Assembly (NCBI GenBank): GCA_049840735.1
Contig: JASGJN010000017.1
Span: 512,001 to 576,000, forward strand
Reading direction: 5' to 3'
DNA: 64,000 bases
Origin: Anaeromyxobacter sp.
GTDB lineage: Bacteria > Myxococcota > Myxococcia > Myxococcales > Anaeromyxobacteraceae
The position numbers were made by a program, and so were the translations under genes. Of the stretch, positions 1-10,487 are shown piece after piece (the first letter of the stretch is position 1; each line of letters begins with the position of its first letter). Under the pieces are notes generated by a model that made no database searches, was not told the DNA's origin, and saw only the letters and a program-made list of their open reading frames with translations.

Positions 1-830
1 AGGTCGCGTCCATGCTCGGCATCGGCCTGGCCGGCCGCACCCGCGTGTCCCTGCGCGTCACCTCCTCCCCGGCCACCCTGCTCAAGTTCGCCGACCTGGT
101 CCCGCTGCTGGCGCCGCCGGCGTCGGTCTGCGTGCTGGGCCTGGGCGCCTCCCACGGCTTCGCCCTGGCGGTCCTCGAGGCCGGCCTGGCCGAGGCGCTG
201 CTCGCGGCCGCGCTGGGCGACCGCCGCGTCCGCCAGCCGGAGGGCGCCGCCGAGTCGCGCCGCGACCTGACCAGCGTGGAGCAGCTGGTGCTGCGCCGGC
301 TGCTGCTGATCCTCACCGACGCCATGGCGCACGCCTGGGCTCCGGTGCTGCCCTTCCAGCCCGAGGTGCTCCGCTTCGAGCTCGACCCGCGCATGGCCAC
401 CATCGCGCCGCCCACCGACGTCGGCATCGTCTCCGGCTTCGAGATGAAGGGCGGCATCGAGGGGCGGCTGCAGCTGGTCATCCCCTACGCCGCCGTGGAG
501 AGCGCCAAGCAGAAGCTCTCCTCGCCGCGCCGCCTCTCGCAGCGCGCCGACGAGCGGTTCGCCACGGCGCTGGCCGCCGAGGTGGAGCAGGTGATGGTGG
601 AGCTGCGCGGCCTGTACGGCCGCACCCGCATCCCCTTCGCCCGGCTGCTCGACCTGGCCGAGGGCGACGTGCTGCTGCTCGACACCGACGAGACCAAGCC
701 CATCCCCGTCGTGGTGCAGGGGCGCGAGAAGCTGCGCGGCACCCCCACCGTCACCGGTGGCAACCTCGCCGTGGTGGTGGAGCAGCCGCTCCGCGCCCCG
801 GCCCAGACCCCCGCCCTCATCGTTCACTAG
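1..830 (+). CDS. fliM: Flagellar motor switch protein FliM (5'-truncated by window edge)
   Basis: LTSVEQLVLRR, FELDPRM and LVIPY segments, C-terminal SpoA domain (LLDLAEGDVLLLD); frame open upstream of nt 12; precedes fliN. Confidence 0.85.
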   Translation, partial: VASMLGIGLAGRTRVSLRVTSSPATLLKFADLVPLLAPPASVCVLGLGASHGFALAVLEAGLAEALLAAALGDRRVRQPEGAAESRRDLTSVEQLVLRRLLLILTDAMAHAWAPVLPFQPEVLRFELDPRMATIAPPTDVGIVSGFEMKGGIEGRLQLVIPYAAVESAKQKLSSPRRLSQRADERFATALAAEVEQVMVELRGLYGRTRIPFARLLDLAEGDVLLLDTDETKPIPVVVQGREKLRGTPTVTGGNLAVVVEQPLRAPAQTPALIVH

Positions 831-842
831 GAGCACCGGACC

Positions 843-1136
843 ATGGAAGCGCAGACCCCCAAGAACGGGAACGACGGACGCCGGCTGGACATGCTGCTCG
901 ACGTGCCGCTCGAGGTGAACGTCGAGCTGGGCCGCACCCGCATGACCATCCAGGACCTGCTGCAGCTCGGCCCGGGCTCGGTCATCGAGCTGGACAAGGT
1001 GGCCGGCGAGCCGCTGGACATCCTCGTCAACGGCCGGCTGGTGGCCCGCGGCGAGGCGGTGGTGGTGAACGACAAGTTCGGCATCCGCATCACCGACATC
1101 GTCTCCCCGCAGGAACGCATCCAGCGCCTCCGCTAG
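843..1136 (+). CDS. fliN: Flagellar motor switch protein FliN
   Basis: [15 protein letters not shown]...[29 protein letters not shown] signature. Confidence 0.97.
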   Translation: MEAQTPKNGNDGRRLDMLLDVPLEVNVELGRTRMTIQDLLQLGPGSVIELDKVAGEPLDILVNGRLVARGEAVVVNDKFGIRITDIVSPQERIQRLR

Positions 1137-1145
1137 GAGCCCTCC

Positions 1146-1784
1146 GTGCACGCCCTCCTCGCGGCCGCCCTGCTCTCCGCCTCGCCCGCCCTGCCCGCCC
1201 CCGGCGATCAGGCGCCGCCCGCGCCCGCCGCGGAGGCCGCCGCGCTGCCCGAGGCCGCGCCAGCCCCGGCGCCGGCGCCCGCCGCGCCGGCCCCGGCCGC
1301 CGCCCGGCCGCTGGAGCTGCCCACCAGCGCCGGCCCCGGGCTCGGCTCCCTGATCGGCCCGGCCCTGGTGCTGCTGGCCTTGGCCGGCGCCGCCCTCTTC
1401 TTCTCGAAGCGGCGCCGCCTGCCCGCGCGGATGGTGCAGGTGCTCGAGACCACCGGCATCGGCCCCAAGCGCAGCCTGGTGGTGGCGCGGATGGGCGACG
1501 AGCTGCTCCTGCTCGGCTCCAGCGAGTCCGGCATCACCCTGCTCCGCTCGCAGCCCGCGCCCGAGGCCGCCGCCGAGCCCGCCCCGGCCCGCCCGGCCCT
1601 GCAGGCCGCGCCCGCCGAGCCGCCCGCGGCCGTGGCCGGCCTGGTGGCGCGCCTGCGCACCGCCCGCCGGCCCGCCGCCGCGCCCGCCCCCGCCGCCGCC
1701 TTCGACGCACTGCTGGCGGAGAGCGCCGAGGACCAGGAGCTGCGCCGCAAGCTGGCCCGCGGCCAGGCCGGGAGCGTCCGGTGA
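1146..1784 (+). CDS. fliO: Flagellar biosynthesis protein FliO
   Basis: One TM followed by VLETTGIGPKRSLVVARMGDELLLLGSSESGITLL; lies between fliN and fliP. Confidence 0.85.
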   Translation: MHALLAAALLSASPALPAPGDQAPPAPAAEAAALPEAAPAPAPAPAAPAPAAARPLELPTSAGPGLGSLIGPALVLLALAGAALFFSKRRRLPARMVQVLETTGIGPKRSLVVARMGDELLLLGSSESGITLLRSQPAPEAAAEPAPARPALQAAPAEPPAAVAGLVARLRTARRPAAAPAPAAAFDALLAESAEDQELRRKLARGQAGSVR

Positions 1785-2473
1785 TCCCCCTCGCCCTGGC
1801 CGGCGCGACCACCGACTCCGCGCTCCAGATCAGCATGAACGGCGGCGGCTCCGCGCCGGTGAAGCTGTTCCTGCTCTTCACCGCGCTCTCCTTCGCCGGC
1901 GCGCTGCTGGTCTCGGTCACCAGCTTCACGCGGATCGTGATCGTGCTGTCGTTCCTGCGCCAGGCGCTCGGCACCACGCAGCTGCCGCCCAACCAGGTGC
2001 TGGTGGGGCTGGCGCTGTGCCTGTCCTTCTTCGTCATGTCGCCCACCGCCAGCCGGGTCTACGGCGAGGCGCTGGGGCCCTACCTCGAGGAGAAGATCGG
2101 GCCGCAGGAGGCCTTCGACCGGGCCAGCGTCCCCATGCGCGAGTTCATGCTGCGGCAGACCCGCGACCAGGACCTGGCGGTGTTCTACGAGATCGCCGGG
2201 AAGGAGCGGCCCACCGCCGGTGAGCCCATCCCCATGACCATCGTGGTCCCGGCCTTCATGATCTCCGAGCTGACCACCGCCTTCCGCATGGGGCTGTTCC
2301 TGTACATCCCGCTGCTGCTGGTGGACCTGCTGGTCTCGGCCCTCCTCATGTCGATGGGCATGATGATGGTCCCGCCCAACCTCATCTCGCTGCCGGTGAA
2401 GGTGGGCCTGTTCGTGATGGCCGACGGCTGGCGCCTGGTGGTGGCCTCGCTGGCGCGGAGCTTCGGCGCATGA
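1781..2473 (+). CDS. fliP: Flagellar export protein FliP
   Basis: TSFTRIVIVLSFLRQALGT..PPNQVL, PAFMISEL, GMMMVPP motifs. Confidence 0.97.
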   Translation: MIPLALAGATTDSALQISMNGGGSAPVKLFLLFTALSFAGALLVSVTSFTRIVIVLSFLRQALGTTQLPPNQVLVGLALCLSFFVMSPTASRVYGEALGPYLEEKIGPQEAFDRASVPMREFMLRQTRDQDLAVFYEIAGKERPTAGEPIPMTIVVPAFMISELTTAFRMGLFLYIPLLLVDLLVSALLMSMGMMMVPPNLISLPVKVGLFVMADGWRLVVASLARSFGA

Positions 2474-2733
2474 CCTCCGAGCTGCCCGGCGCGCTCATCC
2501 ACGACGCGCTCCTGATGCTGGCCTCGGTGGGCGGCCCCATCTTCGGCATCATGCTGGCGGTCGGCCTGGTGATCGGCATCCTCCAGGCGGCCACCCAGAT
2601 CAACGACAACGCGGTGGGCTTCCTGCCCCGCGCCGTGGCGGCCGGGCTCACCGTCTGGATGCTGGGCGGCTGGATGATGGAGCGCCTGGCCGCCTTCCTG
2701 GTCCACGCCATCGCGGCCATGGCCGGGAGGTGA
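2470..2733 (+). CDS. fliQ: Flagellar export protein FliQ
   Basis: 87 aa; VGLVIGILQAATQIND..VGFLPR. Confidence 0.95.
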   Translation: MTSELPGALIHDALLMLASVGGPIFGIMLAVGLVIGILQAATQINDNAVGFLPRAVAAGLTVWMLGGWMMERLAAFLVHAIAAMAGR

Positions 2734-2734
2734 C

Positions 2735-3478
2735 GTGGACGCCCCGCTCGCCACCGCCTACGGCTTCGGCCTGGTGCTCCTCCGGACGGCCGCGCTCTGC
2801 TCGGCCGCGCCGGTGCTGGGCGCCCGGCTGGTGCCGGCCCGCATCCGCATGGCCGTGGCGCTGGTGGTGGCGTTCGCGGTCTTCACCGGCGCGGGCGCGC
2901 CGGCCGTGGCGCCGCCGGCCGGCCTGGCCGGGCTGGCCGGCGCCGCCGCCAGCGAGACCCTGACCGGCCTCCTGGCCGGCCTGGCCGCGCGCTGGGCGCT
3001 GGAGGCCGCGCTGGGCGCCGGGCACGTGGCCGGCCTCTCCGCCGGCCTGGGCTTCTCCGCCCTCATCGACCCGGCCACCGGCGCCGAGTCCACCGCCGTC
3101 TCCCAGACCTTCTTCGTCACCGCCCAGGGCGCGGCGGTGGCGCTGGGCGTGCATCGCGAGGCCCTCACCTGGCTCGTCCGCTCCATCCAGACCTGGCCGC
3201 CGGGCGCCCCCGCCGACCTCTCGGCGCTGGCCACCCGCGTGGTGGGCGAGGCGGCCCTCTCCATCGCCCTGGCAATCCGGCTGGCCTTCCCGGTGGCCGG
3301 CGCCGTCATGCTGGGCCACCTGCTCATGGGCGTGCTGGGGCGCATGGCGCCGCAGCTCTCGCCGCAGAGCCTGGGCTTCTCGGTGGCCATCCTGGCCGGC
3401 GGCCTGGCCCTGTACGCCACCGCCCCCACCGTGGCCGAGCTGGCGGCGCGCGCGGCCATCGCCGCCTTCCAGGGGTGA
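2735..3478 (+). CDS. fliR: Flagellar export protein FliR
   Basis: Hydrophobic; APVLG..VPARIR, GLGFSALIDP, GVLGRMAPQL; synteny. Confidence 0.92.
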   Translation: MDAPLATAYGFGLVLLRTAALCSAAPVLGARLVPARIRMAVALVVAFAVFTGAGAPAVAPPAGLAGLAGAAASETLTGLLAGLAARWALEAALGAGHVAGLSAGLGFSALIDPATGAESTAVSQTFFVTAQGAAVALGVHREALTWLVRSIQTWPPGAPADLSALATRVVGEAALSIALAIRLAFPVAGAVMLGHLLMGVLGRMAPQLSPQSLGFSVAILAGGLALYATAPTVAELAARAAIAAFQG

Positions 3479-3481
3479 TCG

Positions 3482-4550
3482 ATGTCCGACGACGCCGACC
3501 AGGAGAGCAGGACAGAGGCCCCCTCAGGCAAGCGCATCAGCGAGGCGCGCGAGGAGGGGCGCGTGCCCATCGGGCACGACATCGTCATGGCGGCCGGCCT
3601 GGTCGCCGGCGCCGCGGCCCTGGCGTTCCTGGCCGGCCCGCTGCGCAACGGCCTGGTGGACCTGATCTCCCAGTCGGTCTCCAGCGTGGACCACACGCCC
3701 TTCCGCGACGTGGGCGGGCTGGCGGTCCGGCCCGCCGCCGCGGCGCTGGCGGTCTGCGCCGCCGCCGGCCTGGCCACGGCGCTGGCCACGGTGATCCAGA
3801 CCGGCGGCGGGTTCTGGGGCCACCTGGCCCTGCCCGACTTCACCAAGCTCTTCCAGCCCAGCCGGCTGGGGCGCCTGTTCGAGAAGGACTTCGCCTTCGA
3901 CCTCCTGCTGGCGCTGGCCAAGGTGGCGGCCGTGACCGCCGCGGCCTGGTCCACCTTCCAGCGCGAGATGTCGCGCATGCCGGCCCTGGTGACCGCCGAG
4001 CCGGCCGCGCAGCTGGAGACCGCCTTCCGCATGCTCCTGGCGCTGGGCAAGCCGGTGCTGGTGGCCGCGCTGGTGCTGGCCGGCGCCGAGTACGCCCTCT
4101 CCCGCTGGCGCTTCTTCAAGAAGATGCGGATGACCAAGGAGGAGACGAAGCGCGAGTTCAAGGAGGAGGAGGGCGACCCGCTCATCAAGGGCAAGCGCAA
4201 GCGCAAGCACCGCGAGCTGGTGAAGAACCAGGCCCGGGCCGAGGTGCCGCGGGCCGACGCGCTGGTGGTCAACCCCACCCACATCGCCATCGCCATCCGC
4301 TACCGCAAGGACGAGGGCCGGGCGCCGCGCGTCACCGCCAAGGGCAAGGGTGAGCTGGCGGAGTACATGCGCAACCTGGCCCGCGAGAACGGCGTTCCCA
4401 TCGTCCAGGACGTGCCGCTGGCCCGCCTCTTGTATCGGAAGGTCAAGGTGGGCCGCGGAGATCCCTTCCCAGACCTACAAGGCCGTGGCCGCCATCCTGG
4501 CCTTCGTCTACCGCGTCACGGGCCGCCGTGACGCCGGGGTGCGTGCATGA
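3482..4550 (+). CDS. flhB: Flagellar export protein FlhB (apparent frameshift ~4457)
   Basis: RTEAPSGKR, MTKEETKREFKEEEGDP, NPTH autocleavage site; C-terminus EIPSQTYKAVAAILAFVY lies in the next frame. Confidence 0.93.
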
Positions 4551-6630
4551 GCGCCGACAAGCCTGCCCAGGGTTCGACCCGCGCCGAGGCCATCGTGGCC
4601 GTGGCCGTGCTGGGCGTCATCTCCATCCTGATCATCCCGGTCCCCGCGGCGCTGCTGGACGTCTTCCTGGCGCTCTCCATCGGCACCTCGGTGCTGATGC
4701 TGCTCATCGCCCTGGGGCTGACCCGCGCCGTCGAGTTCTCCGTCTTCCCCTCGCTGCTGCTGATCGTCACCCTCTTCCGCCTGGCGCTCAACGTCGCCAC
4801 CACCCGGCTGATCCTGCTCCACGGCGGCGAGGGGCCGGGCGCGGCCGGCCACCTGATCGAGACCTTCGGCCGCTTCGCCATCGGGTCCAGCCTGGTGGTC
4901 GGCCTGGTCGATCTTCCTCATCCTCCTGGTGGTGAACTTCACCGTCATCACCAAGGGCTCCAACCGCGTCTCCGAGGTGGCGGCCCGGTTCACCCTGGAC
5001 GCCATGCCCGGCAAGCAGATGTCGATCGACGCCGACCTGTCGGCCGGCATCATCGACGACCGCGAGGCGCGCACGCGCCGGCGCGACCTGGAGCGCGAGG
5101 CCGAGTTCTTCGGCGCCATGGACGGCGCCTCCAAGTTCGTCCGCGGCGACGCCGTGGCCGGCCTGGCCATCACCGGCATCAACATCGTGGGCGGCCTGCT
5201 CGCCGGCGTGCTGCGCGACCACCTCTCCCTGGCGCAGGCCGCCGAGACCTTCACGCTCCTGACGGTGGGCGACGGCCTGGTGTCGCAGATGCCGGCCCTG
5301 CTCATCTCCACCGCGGCCGGCATGGTGGTCACCCGCGCCGCCGGCACCGACCTGGGCACGCAGATGAACACCCAGCTGTTCGGCAAGCCGGTGGTGCTCA
5401 AGACCGCCGCCGCGGTGCTGGGCGTGATCGGGCTCCTCCCCGGGATGCCGCTCCTGGCCTTCGGGGCCGTGGGCGGCTCCCTGCTGCTCCTCTCCCGCCG
5501 CGCCGAGGCCGCGCGCGCGGCCGAGGGCGCCGCGCCCCGCCCCAAGGCCGAGGAGAAGGCCGGGCCGGAGCGGGTGCAGGACCTGCTGGCGCTGGACGCC
5601 CTGGAGCTGGAGGTCGGCTACGGGCTGGTCCAGCTCATCGACCTGGACAAGGGCGGCGAGCTGCCCGGCCGCGTCACCTCGCTGCGCAAGCAGCTGGCCA
5701 CCGAGCTGGGCATCGTGCTCCCCTCGGTCCACCTGCGCGACAACCTGCGGCTGGAGGCCAACGCCTACCGCGTGCTGCTGCGCGGCATGGAGATCGGCAA
5801 GGGCGAGGCCCACCTCGACCGGCTCATGGCGCTCGACCCCTCCGGCGGCGTGCCGTCGCTGGACGGCATCCACGGCGTGGACCCGGCCTTCGGGCTGCGG
5901 GCGGTCTGGATCGCCCAGGCCGAGCGCCCCCGCGCCGAGGGCATGGGGCTGACGCTGGTGGACGCCGCCTCGGTGATCACCACCCACCTCTCCGAGCTGC
6001 TGCGCCGCAACGCCCACGAGATCGTCGGCCGCCAGGAGGTGCAGGAGCTGATCGGCATCGTGGCCCGCGACGCGCCCAAGCTGGTCGAGGACGTGGTGCC
6101 CGGGACCATCTCGCTGGGCGACCTGGTGCGCGTGCTCCGCGGCCTGCTCCGCGAGGGCGTCTCGGTTCGCGACCTGCGCACCGTCCTCGAGGCGGTGGCC
6201 GACGCGGCGCCGCGCTCCAAGGACCCGGCCTACCTGGTCGAGGCGGCGCGCCGCCGCCTGGCCCGGCAAATCACCGCCCGCGTGGCCGGCCCGGACGGCG
6301 TGGTCCACGCCCTGACGCTGGACCGCTCCACCGAGGAGACCCTCCGCGCCACGCTGGGCGCCTCGGACGGCGGAGATCGCCCTGGCGCCGGACGTCTCCA
6401 CCGCCCGGCTGCTGGTCTCCTCCCTGGAGGCCCAGGCCACGCGCCTGGCCAGCGCCGGCCACCCGGTGGTGGTCCTGGCCCCGCCCGACCTGCGCCGGCC
6501 GCTCTTCGACTTCGCCAGCCGCTTCGTGCCGGACGTCACCGTCGTGGCCGCCCGCGAGCTCGTACCCGGGACCACCGTGGAGCCGGCGGGCACACTCCAG
6601 GCTCCCGGCCGGCTGATGGGGGCGGCGTGA
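4547..6630 (+). CDS. flhA: Flagellar export protein FlhA (apparent frameshifts ~4910 and ~6373)
   Basis: FSVFPSLLLIVTLFRLALNVATTRLIL; EVAARFTLDAMPGKQMSIDADL; GDGLVSQMPALL; third frame gives ...LRRPLFDFASRFVPDVTVVAAREL...GAA-stop at 6630. Confidence 0.93.
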
Positions 6631-6662
6631 CGCGCCCCGGCGCCGGCCTGACGCCTGGCCGG

Positions 6663-6678
6663 CGGAACGGGCGTTGCA
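6663..6678 (+). promoter_or_regulatory. Putative sigma54 (-24/-12) promoter of flhF-flhG-fliA
   Basis: CGGAACGGGCGTTGCA (GG-N10-GC), ~25 nt upstream of flhF ATG. Confidence 0.55.
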
Positions 6679-6703
6679 GGGTGAAGGGCCAGGAGCCACT
6701 CCG

Positions 6704-7861
6704 ATGACGCCGATGGTCCGCACCTTCCGAGCCCCCGACGCCAGCGCCGCGCTGGCCGCCGTCAAGTCCGCGCTCGGCCCCGAGGCGGTGATCCTGTCCA
6801 CCCGGAGCGTCGACGGCGGGCTGTTCCGCCGGCCCGAGGTGGAGATCACCGCCGCCCTGGAGCCGCCGCCTGCCCCCGCCCCTGCCCGCGCCCGGCGAGC
6901 CGAGGCCGCCTTCGCGGCCCCGCCCGCCCCTGCGCCGACCCCCGCCCCGGCGGCCCTCGCCACCCCCCTGCCCCGCCCCGCCGACGACCCGCTCCAGGAC
7001 GAGATCCGGCTGCTGCGGCGGTCGGTCGAGGAGGCGCGCCGGGCCCTGGCCTCGGTGACGCTGGAGGCCAAGGCCGGCCGCGACCTGCAGCTCCCGCCCG
7101 CCGGCGCCGAGGTCTTCGCCCGGCTGGCCGGGCGCGGCGTCGAGCCGGCGCTGGCGGAGAGCTTCGTCCGCTCCGCCCTGACGCTGGTCCCGCCGGAGGC
7201 GCACCGCCTGCTCTCCACCGTGAAGGACCTGGTGGGCGAGCGGATGGTCCCGTGCCGCGCCCCCTGGCTCCACGACGGCCGCCACGTCATCGCCGTGGTG
7301 GGGCCGACCGGGGTGGGCAAGACCACCACCCTCGCCAAGATGGCGGCGCGCGCGCTGCTCGAGACCCAGAAGCGCGTCGCCTTCGTGACGCTCGACACCT
7401 ACCGCATCGGCGGCACCGAGCAGCTGGCCCGCTACGGCGAGATCATGGGCGTGCCGGTGCTGGTGGCCCGCGACCGCGGCGAGCTGGGGCAGGCCATGGA
7501 GCGGCTCTCCGACGCCGACCTGATCCTGGTCGACACGGCCGGGCGCTCGTCCGCCGACGACGTGGCCCGCCAGGCCGCGCTGGTCCGCAGCGTCCCCCGC
7601 GTCCAGCTGCACCTGGCCATCTCCGCCGCCGCCGGCGCGCTGGAGCTGGCGGCGGTGGCGGACCGGTACCGGACCCTTGCGCCCGACCGGCTGATCGTGA
7701 CCAAGGTGGACGAGTCGGCCGGGCCCGGCGGCGTGCTCTCCGCCGCCGTCCGGATCTGCCGTCCCATCAGCTGCGTGACCGACGGCCAGCGCGTGCCGGA
7801 GGACATTCACGCCTACACCGGACCCGAGCTGGTCGACCTCGTCGCCGGCCGTGAGCCGTAG
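6704..7861 (+). CDS. flhF: Flagellar SRP-like GTPase FlhF
   Basis: N-terminal ALAAVKSALGPEAVILST; GPTGVGKTTTLAK, DTYRIG, DTAGRS, TKVDE, GQRVPED. Confidence 0.95.
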   Translation: MTPMVRTFRAPDASAALAAVKSALGPEAVILSTRSVDGGLFRRPEVEITAALEPPPAPAPARARRAEAAFAAPPAPAPTPAPAALATPLPRPADDPLQDEIRLLRRSVEEARRALASVTLEAKAGRDLQLPPAGAEVFARLAGRGVEPALAESFVRSALTLVPPEAHRLLSTVKDLVGERMVPCRAPWLHDGRHVIAVVGPTGVGKTTTLAKMAARALLETQKRVAFVTLDTYRIGGTEQLARYGEIMGVPVLVARDRGELGQAMERLSDADLILVDTAGRSSADDVARQAALVRSVPRVQLHLAISAAAGALELAAVADRYRTLAPDRLIVTKVDESAGPGGVLSAAVRICRPISCVTDGQRVPEDIHAYTGPELVDLVAGREP

Positions 7862-7876
7862 CAGCAGGGAGGCACC

Positions 7877-8747
7877 GTGGATCAGGCCCAGAGCCTTCGC
7901 GAGCACGTCGGGACCCGCCGCGGGAGCGGCGGCTTCCCCATGCGCGTGGTGGCGGTCACCAGCGGCAAGGGCGGCGTCGGCAAGACGCACATCTCGGCCA
8001 ACCTGGCGGTGCTCGCCGCCAAGGCCGGGCGGCGCGTGCTGCTCATCGACGCCGACCTCGGCCTCGCCAACGCCGACATCGTGCTGGGCATCTGCCCGAC
8101 CCGCCACCTGGGCCACCTGCTCGACGGCAGCGCCAGCGCCGAGGAGGTGCTGACCGAGGGGCCGCGCGGCATCCGCGTGCTGGGCGCCTCGTCCGGCATC
8201 CAGTCCCTGACCGCGCTCACCGACGAGCAGAAGCTGACGCTGGTCTCGGCCTTCGAGCCGCTCGACGACCGCTTCGACCTGGTCATCGTGGACTGCGGCG
8301 CCGGCATCGGCGACAACGTGCTCTTCTTCGCCGGCGCGGCGCAGGAGGCGCTGCTGGTGGTCTCGCCAGAGCCCACCTCGCTCTCCGACGCCTACGCCAC
8401 GGTCAAGGTGCTCTCGCAGGACGCGGGCGTGAGCCACTTCTCGGTGGTGGCCAACCAGGCGGCCGACTTCCAGGGGCGCGACGTCTTCCGGCGGCTGACG
8501 CAGGTGACCGACCGCTTCCTCGACGCGCGGCTCAAGTACCTGGGCAACGTGCCCCGCGACGAGGATTCTGCCGCGGGCGGTGCGGGTGCAGCAGCCGCTG
8601 GTCGAGCTCTACCCCCGCTCCCCGGCCAGTCGCGCCCTGGGCACCCTCTGCGATACGCTGCTCTCCTCCGAGCCGCCGCAGGCGCTGCCCGGGGGCGTGA
8701 AGCTGTTCTGGCAGCAGATCCTGCGCAGCAAGGAGACGCGCGCCTGA
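7877..8747 (+). CDS. flhG: MinD-like ATPase FlhG/FleN (apparent frameshift ~8567)
   Basis: MDQAQSLR, TSGKGGVGKT, DADLGLAN, PEPTSLSDAYATVK; shifted frame gives LPRAVRVQQPLVELYPRSPASRAL to stop at 8747. Confidence 0.92.
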
Positions 8748-8763
8748 GGAGGGCGCCCGAGCC

Positions 8764-9474
8764 GTGCACCGCGCCTACGCCCGATACGGCACCGCCGGAG
8801 GCGGCCCCGAGGCCGAGCTGGTCTCGCGCTACGGGCCGCTGATCGACCGGTGCGCCCGCCGCCTGTCGGCCCGCTCCGGCCACACCGTGGCCGCCGAGGA
8901 CCTGTGGTCGGCCGGCGCCATGGGGCTCATCGACGCGCAGCGCCGCTTCGACGGCGCGCGGGACGTGAAGTTCGAGACCTTCGCCGAGCACCGCATCCGC
9001 GGCGCCATGCTGGACGAGATGCGGCGCATGGACCACCTGCCCCGCCGGCTCCGCGCCGACGTGGAGAAGGTGGAGCTGGCCCGCAACAAGCTGGCCCAGT
9101 CCCTGGGGCGCGACCCCGGGGCCGACGAGCTGGCCGAGGCGCTGGGGGCCGAGCCGGCCGACGTGGCCGAGCTGCTGCAGCTCATGGCCCCGCCCCTCCC
9201 GGTCGAGGACGATATCGCCGCCGCCCAGCTGCCCGAGCCGGACGAGGCGCTGGGCAAGGCGCAGCTGACCGGGGCGCTCGCGAAGGCCATCGGGACCCTG
9301 CCCGAGCGGCTCCAGGTGCTGCTGGCGCTCTACTACGACGAGGAGCTCACCTACCGGGAGATCGCCAAGATGCTGGGCGTCTCCGAGCCCCGCGTCTGCC
9401 AGCTCCACTCCGACGCGATGAAGCGGCTGCGCGGGTCCCTTTCGGGTGCGGCAGTGAGTCCCCCCGAGGAGTGA
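8764..9474 (+). CDS. fliA: Flagellar sigma factor FliA (sigma28)
   Basis: EDLWSAGAMGLIDA, FETFAEHRIRGAMLDEMR, LYYDEELTYREIAKMLGVSEPRVCQLH. Confidence 0.95.
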   Translation: MHRAYARYGTAGGGPEAELVSRYGPLIDRCARRLSARSGHTVAAEDLWSAGAMGLIDAQRRFDGARDVKFETFAEHRIRGAMLDEMRRMDHLPRRLRADVEKVELARNKLAQSLGRDPGADELAEALGAEPADVAELLQLMAPPLPVEDDIAAAQLPEPDEALGKAQLTGALAKAIGTLPERLQVLLALYYDEELTYREIAKMLGVSEPRVCQLHSDAMKRLRGSLSGAAVSPPEE

Positions 9475-9662
9475 TCCGGGGACCCACCCCGTCCTCCCAC
9501 ACGCAGTCTTCCCCGAAATCACGGCGGTTTCCAGAACCCGTTGCCGGCCGACCGGCCCGGTGCTCTCGTCCCTGGCACCGCGCCAAGCGAAAGGCTCGCG
9601 CGGCCGCCCGCGCTCCTGCGGGCGCGTCCCGGCTCCGGCCGGGGCTCCTGGACGGTGGACCG

Positions 9663-10487
9663 ATGCCTGCCTCACACGTGGACGACCCCTTCGAACGCAG
9701 CGCCCGCCAGCCTTCGCCGGCGGGCTTCAGGATCCGTTCCTTCTCCCCCGATGACCCCACCCTGCTGGCCACGCTGCGCGGCTGGCAGCTGACCACCCGG
9801 CGGCTGCTGGCCCAGGCCGCCTCGGCCGACACCCGCGCCCGGCTGGAGGACTCCCGCCGCATCGTGGACGAGCTGGTGCAGGTCCTGACCGGCGACGAGG
9901 ACGGCGAGGGCGTCGCGGAGGAGCGGCTGGTGCGCGCCGCCGTCTCCGGCGGCGAGATCCAGGCCTTCACCACCGTCTTCCTCTGCCCGCGGGCGGCCTT
10001 CATCGAGCTGCTGGCCACCGCGCCCTGGAACCTGCTCGGCCCCGGCGACCCGCCCGACCGGCGGGCGGTCCGCGGCGCCGGGCGCGCCCTGGTGCAGCAC
10101 GCCTCGGCCCTGGCCCGCGCCGCCGGCGCCGGCGGGCGCGTGGCGCTGCAGGCCGAGAACCCGCGCAGCCTGGCCGTCTACGAGCGCCTGGGGTTCGGCT
10201 TCATGCGCCCGTCGGACGCGCCCCTGGCCCTGGTGCCGCGCGGCGACAAGGGCTGGTCGGCGGCCGTGGTCCGGCTGGCGCGCGGCGCGCCCGGTCCGGA
10301 CGAGCGGCGCGCCCCCTGGCTGCTCTTCGATCCCGACCGGCCCGAGCGCCGGGTGGGCGCGGCGGTGCTCCCCTTCCGCTCCTCGGCTGGCGCCGTGGCG
10401 CGGGCGGCGGCCCGCCCCTTGCGCGCCGGGCGCTCCGCTGGCGGCCCGCCCGCCGCCGCAGCCGCGCTGAGCGCGGCGGCCGGCTGA
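9663..10487 (+). CDS. GNAT-fold acetyltransferase-like protein
   Basis: FIELLATAPWN...VRGAGRALV (acetyl-CoA binding R-G-x-G) and SLAVYERLGF; ATG at 9663. Confidence 0.6.
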   Translation: MPASHVDDPFERSARQPSPAGFRIRSFSPDDPTLLATLRGWQLTTRRLLAQAASADTRARLEDSRRIVDELVQVLTGDEDGEGVAEERLVRAAVSGGEIQAFTTVFLCPRAAFIELLATAPWNLLGPGDPPDRRAVRGAGRALVQHASALARAAGAGGRVALQAENPRSLAVYERLGFGFMRPSDAPLALVPRGDKGWSAAVVRLARGAPGPDERRAPWLLFDPDRPERRVGAAVLPFRSSAGAVARAAARPLRAGRSAGGPPAAAAALSAAAG